Assembly (NCBI GenBank): GCA_963693365.1
Contig: CAVNZM010000004.1
Coordinates: 2,043,449-2,107,448 of the forward strand
DNA from: Amoebidium appalachense
Taxonomy: Eukaryota > Protista > Ichthyosporea
Direction: 5' to 3'
DNA length: 64,000 nt
Part shown: positions 13,363 to 25,795 of the stretch, piece after piece
Layout of the letters: each line of letters starts with the position of its first letter
Position numbering within the stretch: position 1 is the stretch's first letter
The notes under the pieces: model-generated
What the model was told of the DNA's origin: nothing
Seen by the model: the letters and a program-made list of their open reading frames with translations, nothing else
Databases searched by the model: none
Program-made: the position numbers and the translations under genes

Positions 13363-14299
13363 TGAAATCATTATCATACATTGAACATGCCATTATGCAT
13401 GTAAGGATGGGTTTATGACGCACCAAAAAGCACATTGTGCATGTGCATAGCACACCCTTACAACATATGCAAGTGTACGTTACGACGTCAAATGTATTAA
13501 TATGCGTCATCTACATTATATGTCGTAATGTCCTCCTATGCATCTGTTTACAACATCGTAATGTAATCTGTAGTAGGATGCAAATCACATCTTATGATAG
13601 GTCATGGGTTAGCACAAACCCACCCATGGTATATCCACTGGTTGTGTTTCGGATGTCGGAAAGGGCGTCTGGACGATTGGATTTCGATCTATTTTTATAA
13701 TCAACTGGATGGTTTTGCAGTGCTCCATTGCATTGCTTTACAACAAACGATAGACATACATGTGATAGTCATACGTATTTGATCAAGAGGGTATTAATAC
13801 CATACATTCGATGCGTTTACAGTGCTCCGTTATATGGCTTTACATCAAACCATAGACATGCATAAGATCGTCCACAGGGTGGCGTTCTGATCCTCCCGTA
13901 GACAGTGTTACGACTGTCTGAATGCCCCCTGGCCGCCGTCATATACCCACCGACTGGACGTCGTATGTTGGATCTATTGCACGTCCATTGCACGTCGGTT
14001 AGATGGCTACATTGCACACCCATTGGATATGCACTCGCGGGGTTCAATGTACATCCATTGGTGCATCGGGTATCGGATCGAGCATATTACGACACATACA
14101 TTGGACATCGGGGAGCAATGATATGTATTTCAGTCGCAACATCGTGGACATCGATTCAGTCGCACACATCGATTCAGTCGCACACATCGATTCAAATGTC
14201 GCTCTTTATTATCTGCTAATAAATAGTATCCTTCGCGCATCCACCCCTAAACCAGGCCATCCGTGGCCCTAAGGGCCGGGGAACACCCCCATCCATGTC

Positions 14300-15484
14300 A
14301 TGGCACATGCCTATAATCGTTTCAGAACCTCTTTCAAAGTTCCATCTACACCCATCACACATGTGCGACCATTAAAACGTCCAGCAGATACACCTACCAC
14401 AGATGCACAACCAGAAAAACATCGCCTTAGACTAAGCGCAACACCTATTTACAATACACTACCCATTCAGAATAACACCACACCACTCCGTAGAAACACA
14501 ATAACAACCATGCCGAAACTTTCGGTTGATACAGTACTGGCAGAACTTGCCCTCGTTAAGAAACAGCTAAATGAGCTGTTTTCACTCAAGAACATGATAG
14601 AAAAACTCCAAACAGAAAATACCCAACTCAAGCTCACCATTGATTCACTCACAGCCCAGCTAAACATTAGTGGATCGCAAAACCCCAAAACTCATGAGCA
14701 AACATCTCGCGACGGAGACATTTCCACCCCAACACAAAACAACACAGGACCGGAAGCACAGCTCCCGGCAGAGTTCCTAGAATATGCGAACTCTCGTAAA
14801 ACACCCGAGCTCCGCCAAATTGCCAAGGAAACATATGCCAGCATTCTTGCAGGCAACGAGTACCGCCGCAACTCCCCTCCCAAACCGCCGGCTAAGGGGA
14901 ACACCCAAGCAAACGGTAACATCAACATCCCACCCAAATACGAGAGGGTGTATTTCAAAGTCAAGCACGGCAGACGCCCACACAGGGCCATGTGGTCCAT
15001 CTTCAAGGCTCTCGGCTTCCGGTGCTCTCGCATCCTTTGTCTGTCCTTCATTGGATACGATGTGCTGGAAGTAGCAGTACGGGGCGACTATAACCGTGCG
15101 TTCATCCGTGACGCGACAAAGGGGTGTGGAAGCTTCTTCACCCACCTCCCAAGCTACGACCCATGCGCGCCGGAAAACATTCAGAAAGCAGACAAAGAAC
15201 GTAAAGTGTCTGCTAAGAATGCGTGCGCCACACGTTGTCGTGTACGCATCAGCAAGGCAAAAGAGTTCCTCGCAAAGTTGGAAAACGATGCTACGAGCGT
15301 GATAGACACGGACACGAAGGAACCAATGTTTTCTGGTGAGAAACTGCTCGAGCGCAAACGCCGATGCGAGATGGAAATCGAGCTCTTCTGCGAACTGTTC
15401 GCGCTGGCGGAAGGTCGTGCATACGACCCCGTAAGCGACAAGTGGGAACCAACCCCACAGGTGTCGGACCAAACCGATGCCTAA
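14300..15484 (+). CDS. LINE ORF1 protein (394 aa, coiled-coil plus basic region)
   Basis: Heptad-like segment LAELALVKKQLNELFSLKNMIEKLQTENTQLKLTIDSLTAQL; overlaps ORF2 by 8 nt (ATGCCTAA). Confidence 0.88.
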   Translation: MAHAYNRFRTSFKVPSTPITHVRPLKRPADTPTTDAQPEKHRLRLSATPIYNTLPIQNNTTPLRRNTITTMPKLSVDTVLAELALVKKQLNELFSLKNMIEKLQTENTQLKLTIDSLTAQLNISGSQNPKTHEQTSRDGDISTPTQNNTGPEAQLPAEFLEYANSRKTPELRQIAKETYASILAGNEYRRNSPPKPPAKGNTQANGNINIPPKYERVYFKVKHGRRPHRAMWSIFKALGFRCSRILCLSFIGYDVLEVAVRGDYNRAFIRDATKGCGSFFTHLPSYDPCAPENIQKADKERKVSAKNACATRCRVRISKAKEFLAKLENDATSVIDTDTKEPMFSGEKLLERKRRCEMEIELFCELFALAEGRAYDPVSDKWEPTPQVSDQTDA

Positions 15485-18400
15485 TTTATCCTTCTTCTTC
15501 TGGAATGCTCGGACACTGGGCCCCCAAAAGGGCCTCCCCCCCGGGACACTCGACGATAAAATCAGCTACATACAACAACAGACAAACAACCACACGTTTA
15601 CAGTGATTTGCGAAACACAGTTTAAAAACCACCACAAATTCAACTCTACATTGGTCGACACATCCACACACCCCGGTTACGCGAAAAACCGAGGCATTAT
15701 TGTACTTGCCGCACCACACGTGAGAGTGAAGTGCAAACCGGTAGCAAAAACGGAATTCTCGGTTTCTATAGAGTTTCTTTCTAATGTTTTTACTTTTGTA
15801 TATTACCCACCATCTATGTCGGTTGTCGAATTGACTCACGAGTTGTCACAGTTACCAATGTCCACTGTTATTTTAGGTGATTTTAACACGCGACTCCACC
15901 ACACAGACACACTGCAAGTGAGTGTCGGGTACCCATCTAAGCCCCCGGAGCGTGCTATCCCTTTAGCAAGGTATGTCCAAAGTCACACTTTGCGGTTCCC
16001 TCAAATATCCCATGCCCACAACACCGACTGGGGAGTGGCCTTTTGGCCATCAACCATGTCAAAACTCTCTCTCCCTCCTAACCTCTCTAGGTCATCTGAC
16101 CACTCTCCTATCCTTTTCCTACCTAAGATCTCCCTTGATCTGCTCCCCCCTCCCCCTCCCACCTTTCGCCTCCGTCTATCCCAGCTTAAGTCACAGTGGG
16201 GTAGAGTTGATGTATGTGTATGCTATGCTACGAAACACCCTATATATATGCGCCTATTAGAATCTGCACAAGCCAGGCCAGATTCACATCTCGTACTAGA
16301 TACATGCACTAACTTTATTGTTGATGATTTGATAGATCTCGGTGATTATGCTGGCGGTGGTAGGAAGGAATATCCCGATGCTCTCTTGTTACCAAACACC
16401 ACTCCCGCTAGACTAGGTGAACCCCTGTCTCAAAAGGAAAGCTTGCGCCGGCTTGCTAGTATGAATCGATTTGGCCCCCCTGCTCGTATTATTGGTGATA
16501 CCACTGGAGACCCCCTCATAGACTCTGATAAGTATTTCTCGGAACTGTTTAAAGATAGGACCCCCGCTCAGAAACCTATTGTGTGGCCTGTAGACCCATC
16601 TATCCCCATAGAATCGATCCTCCCCTTTTTCAGTCCCGATGCCATATGGTCTGTGATATCTAGTTATAGCTCTAGTAAGTCTTGTGGACCTGATGGACTC
16701 CCTGCTGGGTTTCTTAAAATCCTTGTTCCCTCCTACCCACAAAAGGAAAGTGATCGTGCTATTAAACCTGATCTTACTATCATGTTAAGCTCTCTCTTTT
16801 CTTGGTGTGTTAAATGTGGACATGTCCCGTCATCTTGGTTAGATACCTTAGTGATCCCCATAGTTAAGAAGGACTCTGAGGGCCCCATATCATCCTTTCG
16901 CCCCATTACACTAACCCAGGTTGTTCGTAGATTCTTTGAAGCTTGCTTACTTAGGTTATTTGCACATCACCCTAGGTTTCAATCTATTCTTCACATACAC
17001 CCATGCCAATCCGCTTTTCGTAAAAACAATTCATGTTATGTTCAAATAATGGCACTGCACGATTCTATGCAAGTTGGTGCACAATATGTTGGCTTTATTG
17101 ATTGGAAAACTGCTTACGATTCTGTCTCCCCTGGTCTCCTATGGGAAAAGCTTGCTGCACGGGGTGTACCACACTGCATTGGTGTTCTGTTAGAAGCACT
17201 CTTGTCTCAAACCTATGGTAGAGCTGTGGTTAATGGGCATCTTTCATATGGTTTTGCTCGTACTAGAGGTCTCTTGCAGGGTTCATTGCTTAGCCCCTTT
17301 TTGTTTAACCTATTTATAGATGATTTGGCTGTCAAGATTTACGCCGAAAACGATGACCCTATTAATAACTTTCCGCCTGCACTTCTCTATGCTGATGATC
17401 TGTCCCTCCTTGCCCGTACCCCTAGACGCCTGCAAAGATTGTTCGATGTAGTGTCAGAGTGGTGCAAGGCAAACCTTATGATCCTTAACATAGACAAATG
17501 TGGTGTTCTTGTACCTGATATAGCTAACAATTTACACACATTTACATTATCATCTAAACCTGTACCTATAGTTCCAGAATACAAATATCTTGGTGTTCCG
17601 GTTGATTCTGTTGGTGTTATGTTTCCCCATATGGTCGAAAAGAGGGTAGAGTTGGCTCGTAAGCGGTTAGCTTTCTTCTCGGCTAATATTTTTAAAGACA
17701 CACCCCTCCATCCTTCTATTAGACTTACATTTATTCGCACTTTTGTCTTCCCGGCATGTGAATATGGTTTACCCCTTCTCGCCGCTTGGATCAAGAAAGA
17801 GAGAACTAGAGCGCTTAAACCCTTGGCAAATTTCCTTGAAGCAGAAGTTGCCTCCTTTCTATCTAACAACTGTTGTAAACCTGGGCCTGTAACGCTCTCG
17901 ATATATGGTCTGGTCCCAATAGCTGCTAGAGTATCCTATCTCGCGCTGAAATTCAATAAGCACATAAGCCGCTTAAAGAAGTATTTGCCCTCCCACCCTC
18001 TCTTCTCTATCCGACCTGTCCCCTCCTCACCTCTCCCCTCTTTCCTCCCCTCTCTCTCCCCTTCTCCCCTGGGCACAAATACAAATAAACCCCGCAATAG
18101 TGTGTGTGTGACTTTGGACTGCCACTTACTTATTAAACATGTACACAATCACAAGATAATCACGCAATATAACAAATGGAAAAAGATACCACACGACACT
18201 AGACCCGATGAAAGCATACACCTTGAAAAACTAAGCCTTATGTCTCGTTTTATATATACTGACCGCCTCAACCATATTGCCAAATATGGCACTCGCAAGT
18301 GTATAACACCTAAATACATATTACCTTCCTGTAGAACTGGTCTTTCTCTAGCTGATGGTATTATTGATCAATTACCACGCTTTTACTGTACACGTGCTAT

Positions 18401-18671
18401 ACAGTGGAGATCTAATAAGTATAAGGTGGCATCATTTGCATGCCCAAACAACACACACACACACCAGTTTAACCGGTCATGTATCGCCAAATGTAGTTTG
18501 ATAGACCACATAATACCGCAACACACACACGTCACATTCACAACAGACACCCAGAAAGATAGCCTACCTGTAAATTACAACATCCTTGATTTTATACTAA
18601 ACACGCGTAACTACGACCTGTTTATTAGATGTATTGATTGGCTTGAGAAACACATCACTACAAAATTATAG
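15477..18671 (+). CDS. LINE ORF2: AP endonuclease + reverse transcriptase + Cys/His-rich C-terminus (1064 aa)
   Basis: APE motifs WNART, ICETQ, YYPP, GDFN, SDHSPI; RT motifs GPDG, FRPITL, FIDWKTAYDSV, QGSLLSPFLFN, LYADD, YKYLGV. Confidence 0.97.
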   Translation: MPNLSFFFWNARTLGPQKGLPPGTLDDKISYIQQQTNNHTFTVICETQFKNHHKFNSTLVDTSTHPGYAKNRGIIVLAAPHVRVKCKPVAKTEFSVSIEFLSNVFTFVYYPPSMSVVELTHELSQLPMSTVILGDFNTRLHHTDTLQVSVGYPSKPPERAIPLARYVQSHTLRFPQISHAHNTDWGVAFWPSTMSKLSLPPNLSRSSDHSPILFLPKISLDLLPPPPPTFRLRLSQLKSQWGRVDVCVCYATKHPIYMRLLESAQARPDSHLVLDTCTNFIVDDLIDLGDYAGGGRKEYPDALLLPNTTPARLGEPLSQKESLRRLASMNRFGPPARIIGDTTGDPLIDSDKYFSELFKDRTPAQKPIVWPVDPSIPIESILPFFSPDAIWSVISSYSSSKSCGPDGLPAGFLKILVPSYPQKESDRAIKPDLTIMLSSLFSWCVKCGHVPSSWLDTLVIPIVKKDSEGPISSFRPITLTQVVRRFFEACLLRLFAHHPRFQSILHIHPCQSAFRKNNSCYVQIMALHDSMQVGAQYVGFIDWKTAYDSVSPGLLWEKLAARGVPHCIGVLLEALLSQTYGRAVVNGHLSYGFARTRGLLQGSLLSPFLFNLFIDDLAVKIYAENDDPINNFPPALLYADDLSLLARTPRRLQRLFDVVSEWCKANLMILNIDKCGVLVPDIANNLHTFTLSSKPVPIVPEYKYLGVPVDSVGVMFPHMVEKRVELARKRLAFFSANIFKDTPLHPSIRLTFIRTFVFPACEYGLPLLAAWIKKERTRALKPLANFLEAEVASFLSNNCCKPGPVTLSIYGLVPIAARVSYLALKFNKHISRLKKYLPSHPLFSIRPVPSSPLPSFLPSLSPSPLGTNTNKPRNSVCVTLDCHLLIKHVHNHKIITQYNKWKKIPHDTRPDESIHLEKLSLMSRFIYTDRLNHIAKYGTRKCITPKYILPSCRTGLSLADGIIDQLPRFYCTRAIQWRSNKYKVASFACPNNTHTHQFNRSCIAKCSLIDHIIPQHTHVTFTTDTQKDSLPVNYNILDFILNTRNYDLFIRCIDWLEKHITTKL

Positions 18672-18692
18672 CGCACGCGCACACACACACAC

Positions 18693-18745
<53 letters not shown>

Positions 18746-19115
18746 CCAGCTGATACCGAGTGTCCCGAGGGGAGCCCCTTTAAAAAAAAAAAAAAAAAAA
18801 AAAAAAACGGGGAACCCCAACTAATTGATTTCTCCTTGTAGTCTTTATGGTGTCTCGTAGAGAAAGTAAACCCTGATATATAGTCACCACCCGACATCTA
18901 TGTACGTGATCATGATATACCGCTGAGGGGATATTCCGAGCAAACCCCCCCCCCCCATACCTGAGACTGGTTCTCTTTGCCTCGAGTAAACAGCGTAAAC
19001 CCCCATATGTATTTGGGGTTAGTTTTGGAGGTGTTGAGGGGTTTCCGATGTCGTCGGGTAGTTTACGACAGCTTTTGGATGCCGCAACAAGATTGCTGAT
19101 GTCCGTGTACACACA

Positions 19116-19306
19116 TATAAATATTCTAATCGATATTACAATACACGATTAGAGCCGATACAACACGATTACAAGTATACAAGCATATCGGAGATCGATG
19201 CTTCACTTTACATAATAGGAGTGTGGCATATACACTAAGCATATGAACTGAAACATAACACAAACTGAGAAGATCTTACCATATGTAGATACTACGTATT
19301 ACAACA
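19116..19306 (-). mobile_element. 5' LTR (~190 bp) of the copia element at 1-4120
   Basis: Reverse complement starts TGTTGTAATACGTAGTATCTACATAT and aligns with 63243-63442; the inner boundary is approximate. Confidence 0.85.
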
Positions 19307-19645
19307 TAGGGTCGATATACGGCATCGTATCATTGAATTTCTGATACTTTGGCAATATGTTAGTGAACACTTGTTGTACTTTTTGATTAAGTTTACGTGT
19401 CCCTCATATGTTTCATATATTCGTAATAGCTGTGGCATTGTATCGAAATAGTATTGCCAACATGTCTTCGATATGTAAATGATATTGGCATTGTATTGTT
19501 CATATGTTTCTAGTGAGTGATATTGTCGTCGACATACTTTACTTCTTGCAAGTAGTGTGGGACAACTATCCATAGGTTTACATTAAAATGTTTGGTTATC
19601 TTGTTGACTTTTTTATATAACGATATTAACACCCTCCACCCAAAC

Positions 19646-20217
19646 ATGGCAGGTTCAGCAGGGCCATGTCACAGGCCAAGCACAACGTCGTCAAGTCTGT
19701 CCGGCGGCAAATGCCCTTGTTCAGTGTGCTTCCAGGAAACGTCAGGGTAAGCTTCCTAAACCCTGGTTGCTTGTGTTTTCAAACCCCAAACACTGCCTGC
19801 AATGTAGAGTTTTATAGTCAGAGTGTAGGACAAAAATAATGTGCCCATGATACTATGCTAGTACTAGTAGCTGTTTGTTAGGCATTGAACACCTTTTACC
19901 GTTGACAAGTTATTCTGAATCTGTTTGTACATTCCTTCGTCAGCACTCATCACTGACATGCACATCTCTTCTTGCAGATCTTGGACAGGGATGTCCCCGG
20001 GGAGTTCACGTCCCGGTGGGCGTTCTGGCAGAGCCTCATGGATATCATCGACCTTGCCCCAGGCATGTCAGGTGGCAGCAGGGCTTTCCGCGACCCAGAG
20101 ACCGGCCACCCTTTTGGGAACCCAGCGCTCCTCGACCTGCTATTGGCCTTGGACGGATGAAGTGCGAAACCGCGCCAACGACATGGACATCACCTTCGAG
20201 ACCATTGACGTAAGTCC

Positions 20218-20262
<45 letters not shown>

Positions 20263-21107
20263 ACACACCCTTATCCCTTCCCATAATAGCCCTTTTGGGC
20301 ATGTGTGTATGGAATCACTTTCTTTTCTAGTTATTTCGTTTGTTTCAATTGCGTTTGCTGTCTATGACTCGGAGTTCATTTTCCTTTTACTAAGTTAATG
20401 GTCCTTGATGTACATAGATTAACCCAAGCCCAATCCACATGATCATAGCTAACTGCTGATTTCTCAATGATGCAGGACGTGCTGAAGGACTCGCCCCAAT
20501 TTGTGCGCTTCATCATCTACATCATCGAGGCCTGTCTGAGCGACCACACTGCGGCACAAGCTGAAAATGGCTTGCCTGTCTGGTCACCGGCTTCTCCAAG
20601 GAGGGAGGCATCCCCAAGGACTGGCACGGGCTGGCGAACCCGAGGTCTTTTGAAGCGGTAGGGAACCCCCCCTCCCCCCCCCCCCCTCCCTCCCTCCTCC
20701 CAACCCCTTGAACATGAACATGATACTTCCACATTTTATAGCTTTCTTGCCAGAAGATGGGGAGTACGTTTGCATATTATTATTTCAGTTAATTTATGCT
20801 CCATTTGCAGCTTGCCACTTGGCACATGTCTTTGTCTACAGAACTCTTGTTACATTCATTCTAATACGTGTGTCCTCAGGCCATCAACAACTGGAAGACT
20901 TTCAAGGCCCAGGAGGAGGCAAGGCTCAAGGAGGCCGAGGCTGAGCAACAAGACTCAGAGATCAACGCCCAAAAGTCCCCCCACGCTCCAGAGCCCCCCC
21001 CCGCTCCTAAGTCTCCCCTCGTCGCCAATACCGAGCACGAGCACTGAGACGGCCATGCCTGCAACATCGACAAGTCCCATGCCGCCTGCAACATTGACGA
21101 GCCCTAA
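19646..21107 (+). pseudogene. Spliced, frameshifted transposon accessory gene, paralogous to 60003-63049
   Basis: GC3-rich exons ~19652-19746, 19978-20209, 20476-20657 and 20880 onward with GT-AG ends; motif DPETGHPFGNPAL; frameshift near 20155. Confidence 0.6.
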
Positions 21108-21124
21108 AAGTTTTTTTTTTTTTT

Positions 21125-21156
<32 letters not shown>

Positions 21157-21305
21157 GGTTTTAGGGGTGGATTTTTTTCTTTGATTTTGGGTGGGTGGGG
21201 GGGGGGGGGGGGGGGGTAGTGGACTTGGGTTTTTGTAGGGGGGGGGGGGGGGGGGTGTATACATGGCCGTTTGAGCCTGTGGGAAAACTTTGAAGGGGGT
21301 GGGGC

Positions 21306-21347
<42 letters not shown>

Positions 21348-21359
21348 CAGGTGTGGTCC

Positions 21360-22411
21360 TCCTCAATATAATGTGGTATATCCAACCGAAGTTAATAAAG
21401 TGACCATACGGAACACGTATGGATGTCGACATGTGCAATACATTGGCAATACATTGACAATGATCATGGGGCTGTGCTTACCGTACCGTGTGCATATTGC
21501 CAATATATTGAGCATGTGATTGAGGTATCAATAAAGTTATTATTAATACATTGGCAATGTTCGTCATACGCCGTTATTCTTAGATATAAGACGTTATTCC
21601 GATATGCCTTTCATATTAGCGCACTTATACTGCACTTTACATGCATTCGTTCCCATTATCAATTTATTGGCAATGTATTTGGATAATATAGTGTGATATT
21701 TATAATATATATGTACTACAAGTTGAATGCATTATCAACACTTATATCTTTATGTTGGTGGTATCATTCGTATGTTGGCAATATATGCTTGATATGGAAC
21801 ATACTTACATATTCCTTATTTGTAATGTGTTGGGGGTGTATTAATCATACCTCTGTTTATGTCATCAATATACTCACGATATATAAGCAACCTATCGACG
21901 ATACCGCAGTTACTAATGATATATTGATTCAATGATAGTTGGATCATATGTTGGCAATGCATTGTTTATATGTTTCTTGGTATTTAAATCTTTGTATTTC
22001 TATGAATTACATATTGGCAATACATTAATAATGCGTTCATAGTGCAACTACAATGCGAAAATACAGTATTATCCATATCATTATCTGTATTTTTGATATT
22101 ATTTGGTTGTTATTGTAATATCGCCCGGGTATAATTGATATTGGCAATACGTCTATAATGCTGGCGTAATAGTAATGCAATGGCAATGTAATGGCACTTT
22201 AATGTATTGGCGATATTGATGTAACATATACTGGATAATATATTCATATCAGCGGGATATCGACAATACTGGGGGTATTGGTACTGTATTACCATTGACA
22301 ATACCAAAGCAATATTATTGCAATATGGCGTTCCTATTGGCGGCAAGGGGTTCTATTGCCAATATCGCCAATATCGCCAATAGCAAAAAATACGTTGGCA
22401 ATACTTCCGGG
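21360..22411. mobile_element. Subterminal repeat field and probable right terminus of a CCC-ended EnSpm/CMC-like DNA transposon
   Basis: Many TATTGCCAAT / ATTGGCAATA motifs in both orientations, ending TTGGCAATACTTCCGGG at 22411. Similar motifs occur at 19307-19620. The left terminus is not in the window. Confidence 0.55.
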
Positions 22412-22600
22412 AAGTTTGCTGATGTAGATGAATGTGGGTGGATGGGTGGTGGTGGTGCCCGGGGGGGGGGGGGGGGGGGGGGGGGGTAGTTGGGCAAGGG
22501 GTTCTTCTGCTTTGCCGTTTTATTTTTGTTGCTGCTTTCCATATCAACTTGCGCTTTTCCTTTTCCCTTTCTTTTTTCTCCACTGGTGATGGCGATAAAT

Positions 22601-22641
<41 letters not shown>

Positions 22642-23300
22642 CGAGCAACACTTATGCATTGACCCAACCAAAGTTTGGCGGGAATTAACAGTAAGGCACC
22701 CCATGGTTGTTCATATCTCCCTTGGTCTTCGGGAATTATTTGTGCACTTTTGCATCTATTCATTAGCGGATAATTGATATTCATTAGCCGATAGTATCTA
22801 TCGATTCAATGATTGAAATTCGTTGTGCTCTGTGGTATTTATGCCACACTCACTAACACACCCCTGCAGGCCGAGAGACTAACTATGGACTGTCTCACAC
22901 TCATGCGCCGACTGAGTAACAATGCAGACCTGGTCTCCCGGCTGGCTGCTGGAGGAGAGGTGGGTGGGTGGGTGGGTGGGTGAGAGGGGGGGGGGGGGGG
23001 GGGTTGTGTTAGAGGTGAGGTGTGTGGTGTGGATGGGTGGGTTGGTATGTTGGCCTTTTATTTTTTTTTGTGTGTGTGTGGTGAGTGAGTAGGTGGGGTG
23101 GGTGGTTGCAAATATGGTGTTCGTTTACTTCTGCCTATGAGTAACGTGCGTGATTGCTTTGGCATGCATGAGGATGGATGTGCTTATCTGGAAGAGTGTG
23201 TGTGTGCAGAATGTGGATATTTGGGCACAGGAGAGTTAGAGGTACCTCCGACACTATTTCTCTCTCCCCCCCCCCTTTTTTTGTGTGTGTGTGTGTGTGC

Positions 23301-23333
<33 letters not shown>

Positions 23334-23449
23334 GGCGGCAATAACTCACACTGTGATGCAGGTTGTAATTGGGCCGTCAGACCGGCAGCTGGTTGGGGCA
23401 CTGTTTGAGACGATGACGTCAGTGGGTGGCCGTACATTTGTCCCTGCAG
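22412..23449 (+). pseudogene. Exon fragments of an unidentified gene
   Basis: AG/GT-bounded exons 22870-22958 (AERLTMDCLTLMRRLSNNADLVSRLAAGGE) and 23362-23449 (VVIGPSDRQLVGALFETMTSVGGRTFVPA); further donor sites near 22433 and 22691. Confidence 0.4.
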
Positions 23450-23541
23450 GTATGTAACACAGTGACTACGTCATCAAACATGTGTGCACACACAGACCGG
23501 GCATGCATGTTCATACACACATACGCATAAACTCGCAATAT

Positions 23542-23615
<74 letters not shown>

Positions 23616-23672
23616 CCTCTCCCTCTCCCTCTCCCTCTCCCTCTCCCTCTCCCTCTCTCCCTCTCCCTCTCC

Positions 23673-23712
<40 letters not shown>

Positions 23713-23903
23713 CACCCTCTCTCTCTCTCTCTCTCTCCCCCCACCTCTCTCTCTCTTTCTTCCCCCCCCCCCCCCCTCCCTCCTCCCGCCGTCCCCTCCT
23801 CCCTTTCTTCCTCCCTCACTCCCTCCCCCCTCACTCCCTTCCCGTTCTCTCCCGCCCTCCCTCCCTCCCTATATCTCTCTCGTGTAACCCCCCTCCTCCC
23901 CCC

Positions 23904-23937
<34 letters not shown>

Positions 23938-24013
23938 CTCCCACACACACACACACGTGTTGGTATGATGCAGACACACACATGAAAAGCATAGAATTCG
24001 AAATTCTGTATTA

Positions 24014-24321
24014 CCCTCTCCTCGTCCTGCCATCCCTCTTCAGCAGCCGGCACACTACGTTCCTCTCTACGTTACAAAACTTTTCTGCTTTCTCGTTTGG
24101 TGTTAACAAACCTCTCCTGGATTTTTGTGGCAGATGTGTACATTTTCTATCCGGTTGGCTTTGTGGGTTTGTTTTTTTGCTTGCGTGTGTGCTTTTTCTT
24201 TTTCTTTTTTTTTTCTTTTTTTTTTTTTTTGAGGGGGGGGAGGGGGGGGGGGGGCTGCAAGAGCCGTTTCGGGTGGGCTCGTGGAAGGGTGTGTAGGTTC
24301 AGAGGGAGGCTTCGGGAGAGA

Positions 24322-24352
<31 letters not shown>

Positions 24353-24587
24353 GCTTACGTATTGGGGCATCAATGCACTTACCACACGGGCAAACATTGC
24401 AGAAACTCGCGAATTCATCATTCGAAATCGAAGCACACACGACACAGAGGAAGAGGAAGGGGGCCCATCCACACACCTCACCCATCGACTGTTTGCACTT
24501 CTTAACCCCAGGGAGTTTAGGGTGTGCTGTGCATTTCAGGTGGACGCGGCGTTCGGTTAAAGTTAACCCAACCAGCGGCTCTCCCAT
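24014..24587 (-). pseudogene. Possible exon fragments encoding a C4 zinc-ribbon (CVVCASISNDEFASFCNVC)
   Basis: Coding-like stretch in ORF 24147..24647 ending at a GTAAG donor near 24358, plus a small downstream exon ERSVPAAEEGWQDEER. Confidence 0.3.
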
Positions 24588-25028
24588 TTTGGTGTTTGGG
24601 CGGCGAGCCACAATTCTCAGATTTTTCGCACAAATCAGGAAAAGCAATCATGTTAGGTCACATTGCCGATGTCGACATACAATTTCGCGCCTGTTTCAAG
24701 CTAAACGCCAAAACGACTGTCTGACAATTGTTAACAAATGACGTCAACAATGTGGCTCGCCGTCCAGTCGGCTAAAATGGGAAAAGCGATGGTTGGTTTA
24801 AAGTTGGGTTGGGTGGTGGAGATGTTTGGTTGATATTTAGTGGGATTTGATGCTTCCTGCATTCACGCCATGCACACACATACGTATGCACAGGCATGCG
24901 TGCACAGACCTACACACACGTGCGCTTGCACATGCACACACCCACACATACACGTGCGAGGAAACACGCACTCGCGCGTGGGCGCGGGTGCGCCCGCACA
25001 CACGCATAGTGTTACACAAACACATTCG

Positions 25029-25127
<99 letters not shown>

Positions 25128-25744
25128 GCACACACACACACAAGCACACACAAACACACACACACACACACACAGAAACGCAACACATGCACACATGCAC
25201 ATGACGTTTAACTTCTTCTGCGCATCGGTTTGCGTACGTTAAGTTCACATGTGGTCTCAAATGCTGAGACAGGAAGACACCCATGTAATACTAGATGGCT
25301 CTTTGTGTTGACAAAGAATACTGATGCATGTAGTTTGCAACGCAAATGCGTTGCATTCTTATTTTTCATACATCCGTAGTGTAATTGGCCCATGTGAATG
25401 CTATAATAGATGTAAGAAACCGGAACGTTTGGTATGAAAAATGTTCAGAACTTTTTCACTTTTTGTTTCGTATATTTGTCGAATGACTTGGTATGTTCGA
25501 GTTGAACGCGGCACGTCGACATGAGAATAAAAGCCAAATAGTATACACATGTTCACTATAATATCTAGCCTAAGGGAGGTTGCTGGGAATGTAAGGTTTT
25601 ATTTTTTGTTCGAACTATGTTTGTGGGGGGGTGATGTCGGTGTGGATGTTGTACGTGTGTGAGTGAACCCGTGCGTAGGCCGTGCCGTGCCGTGCGCGGC
25701 TGGTCTATGTTTGTGGCGGTGGTGGTGGTGGTGGTGGTGGTGGT

Positions 25745-25795
<51 letters not shown>

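Larger units (their letters stand above)
14131..19004 (+). mobile_element. Full-length two-ORF APE-type non-LTR retrotransposon (LINE family A, copy 1)
   Basis: 10-bp TSD ATATGTATTT (14121-14130, 19005-19014). Starts CAGT with 18-bp tandem repeats in the 5' UTR. Intact ORF1 and ORF2; 3' UTR has (CA)n, an internal A26 and the terminus GTAAACCCCC. Confidence 0.95.

Noticed and set aside
23482-25284. Many ORFs rich in LSLS, ERER, CVCV, HTHT, poly-P and poly-G (also 33.5-40.3 kb and inside introns)
   Set aside because: Translations of microsatellites and homopolymer runs
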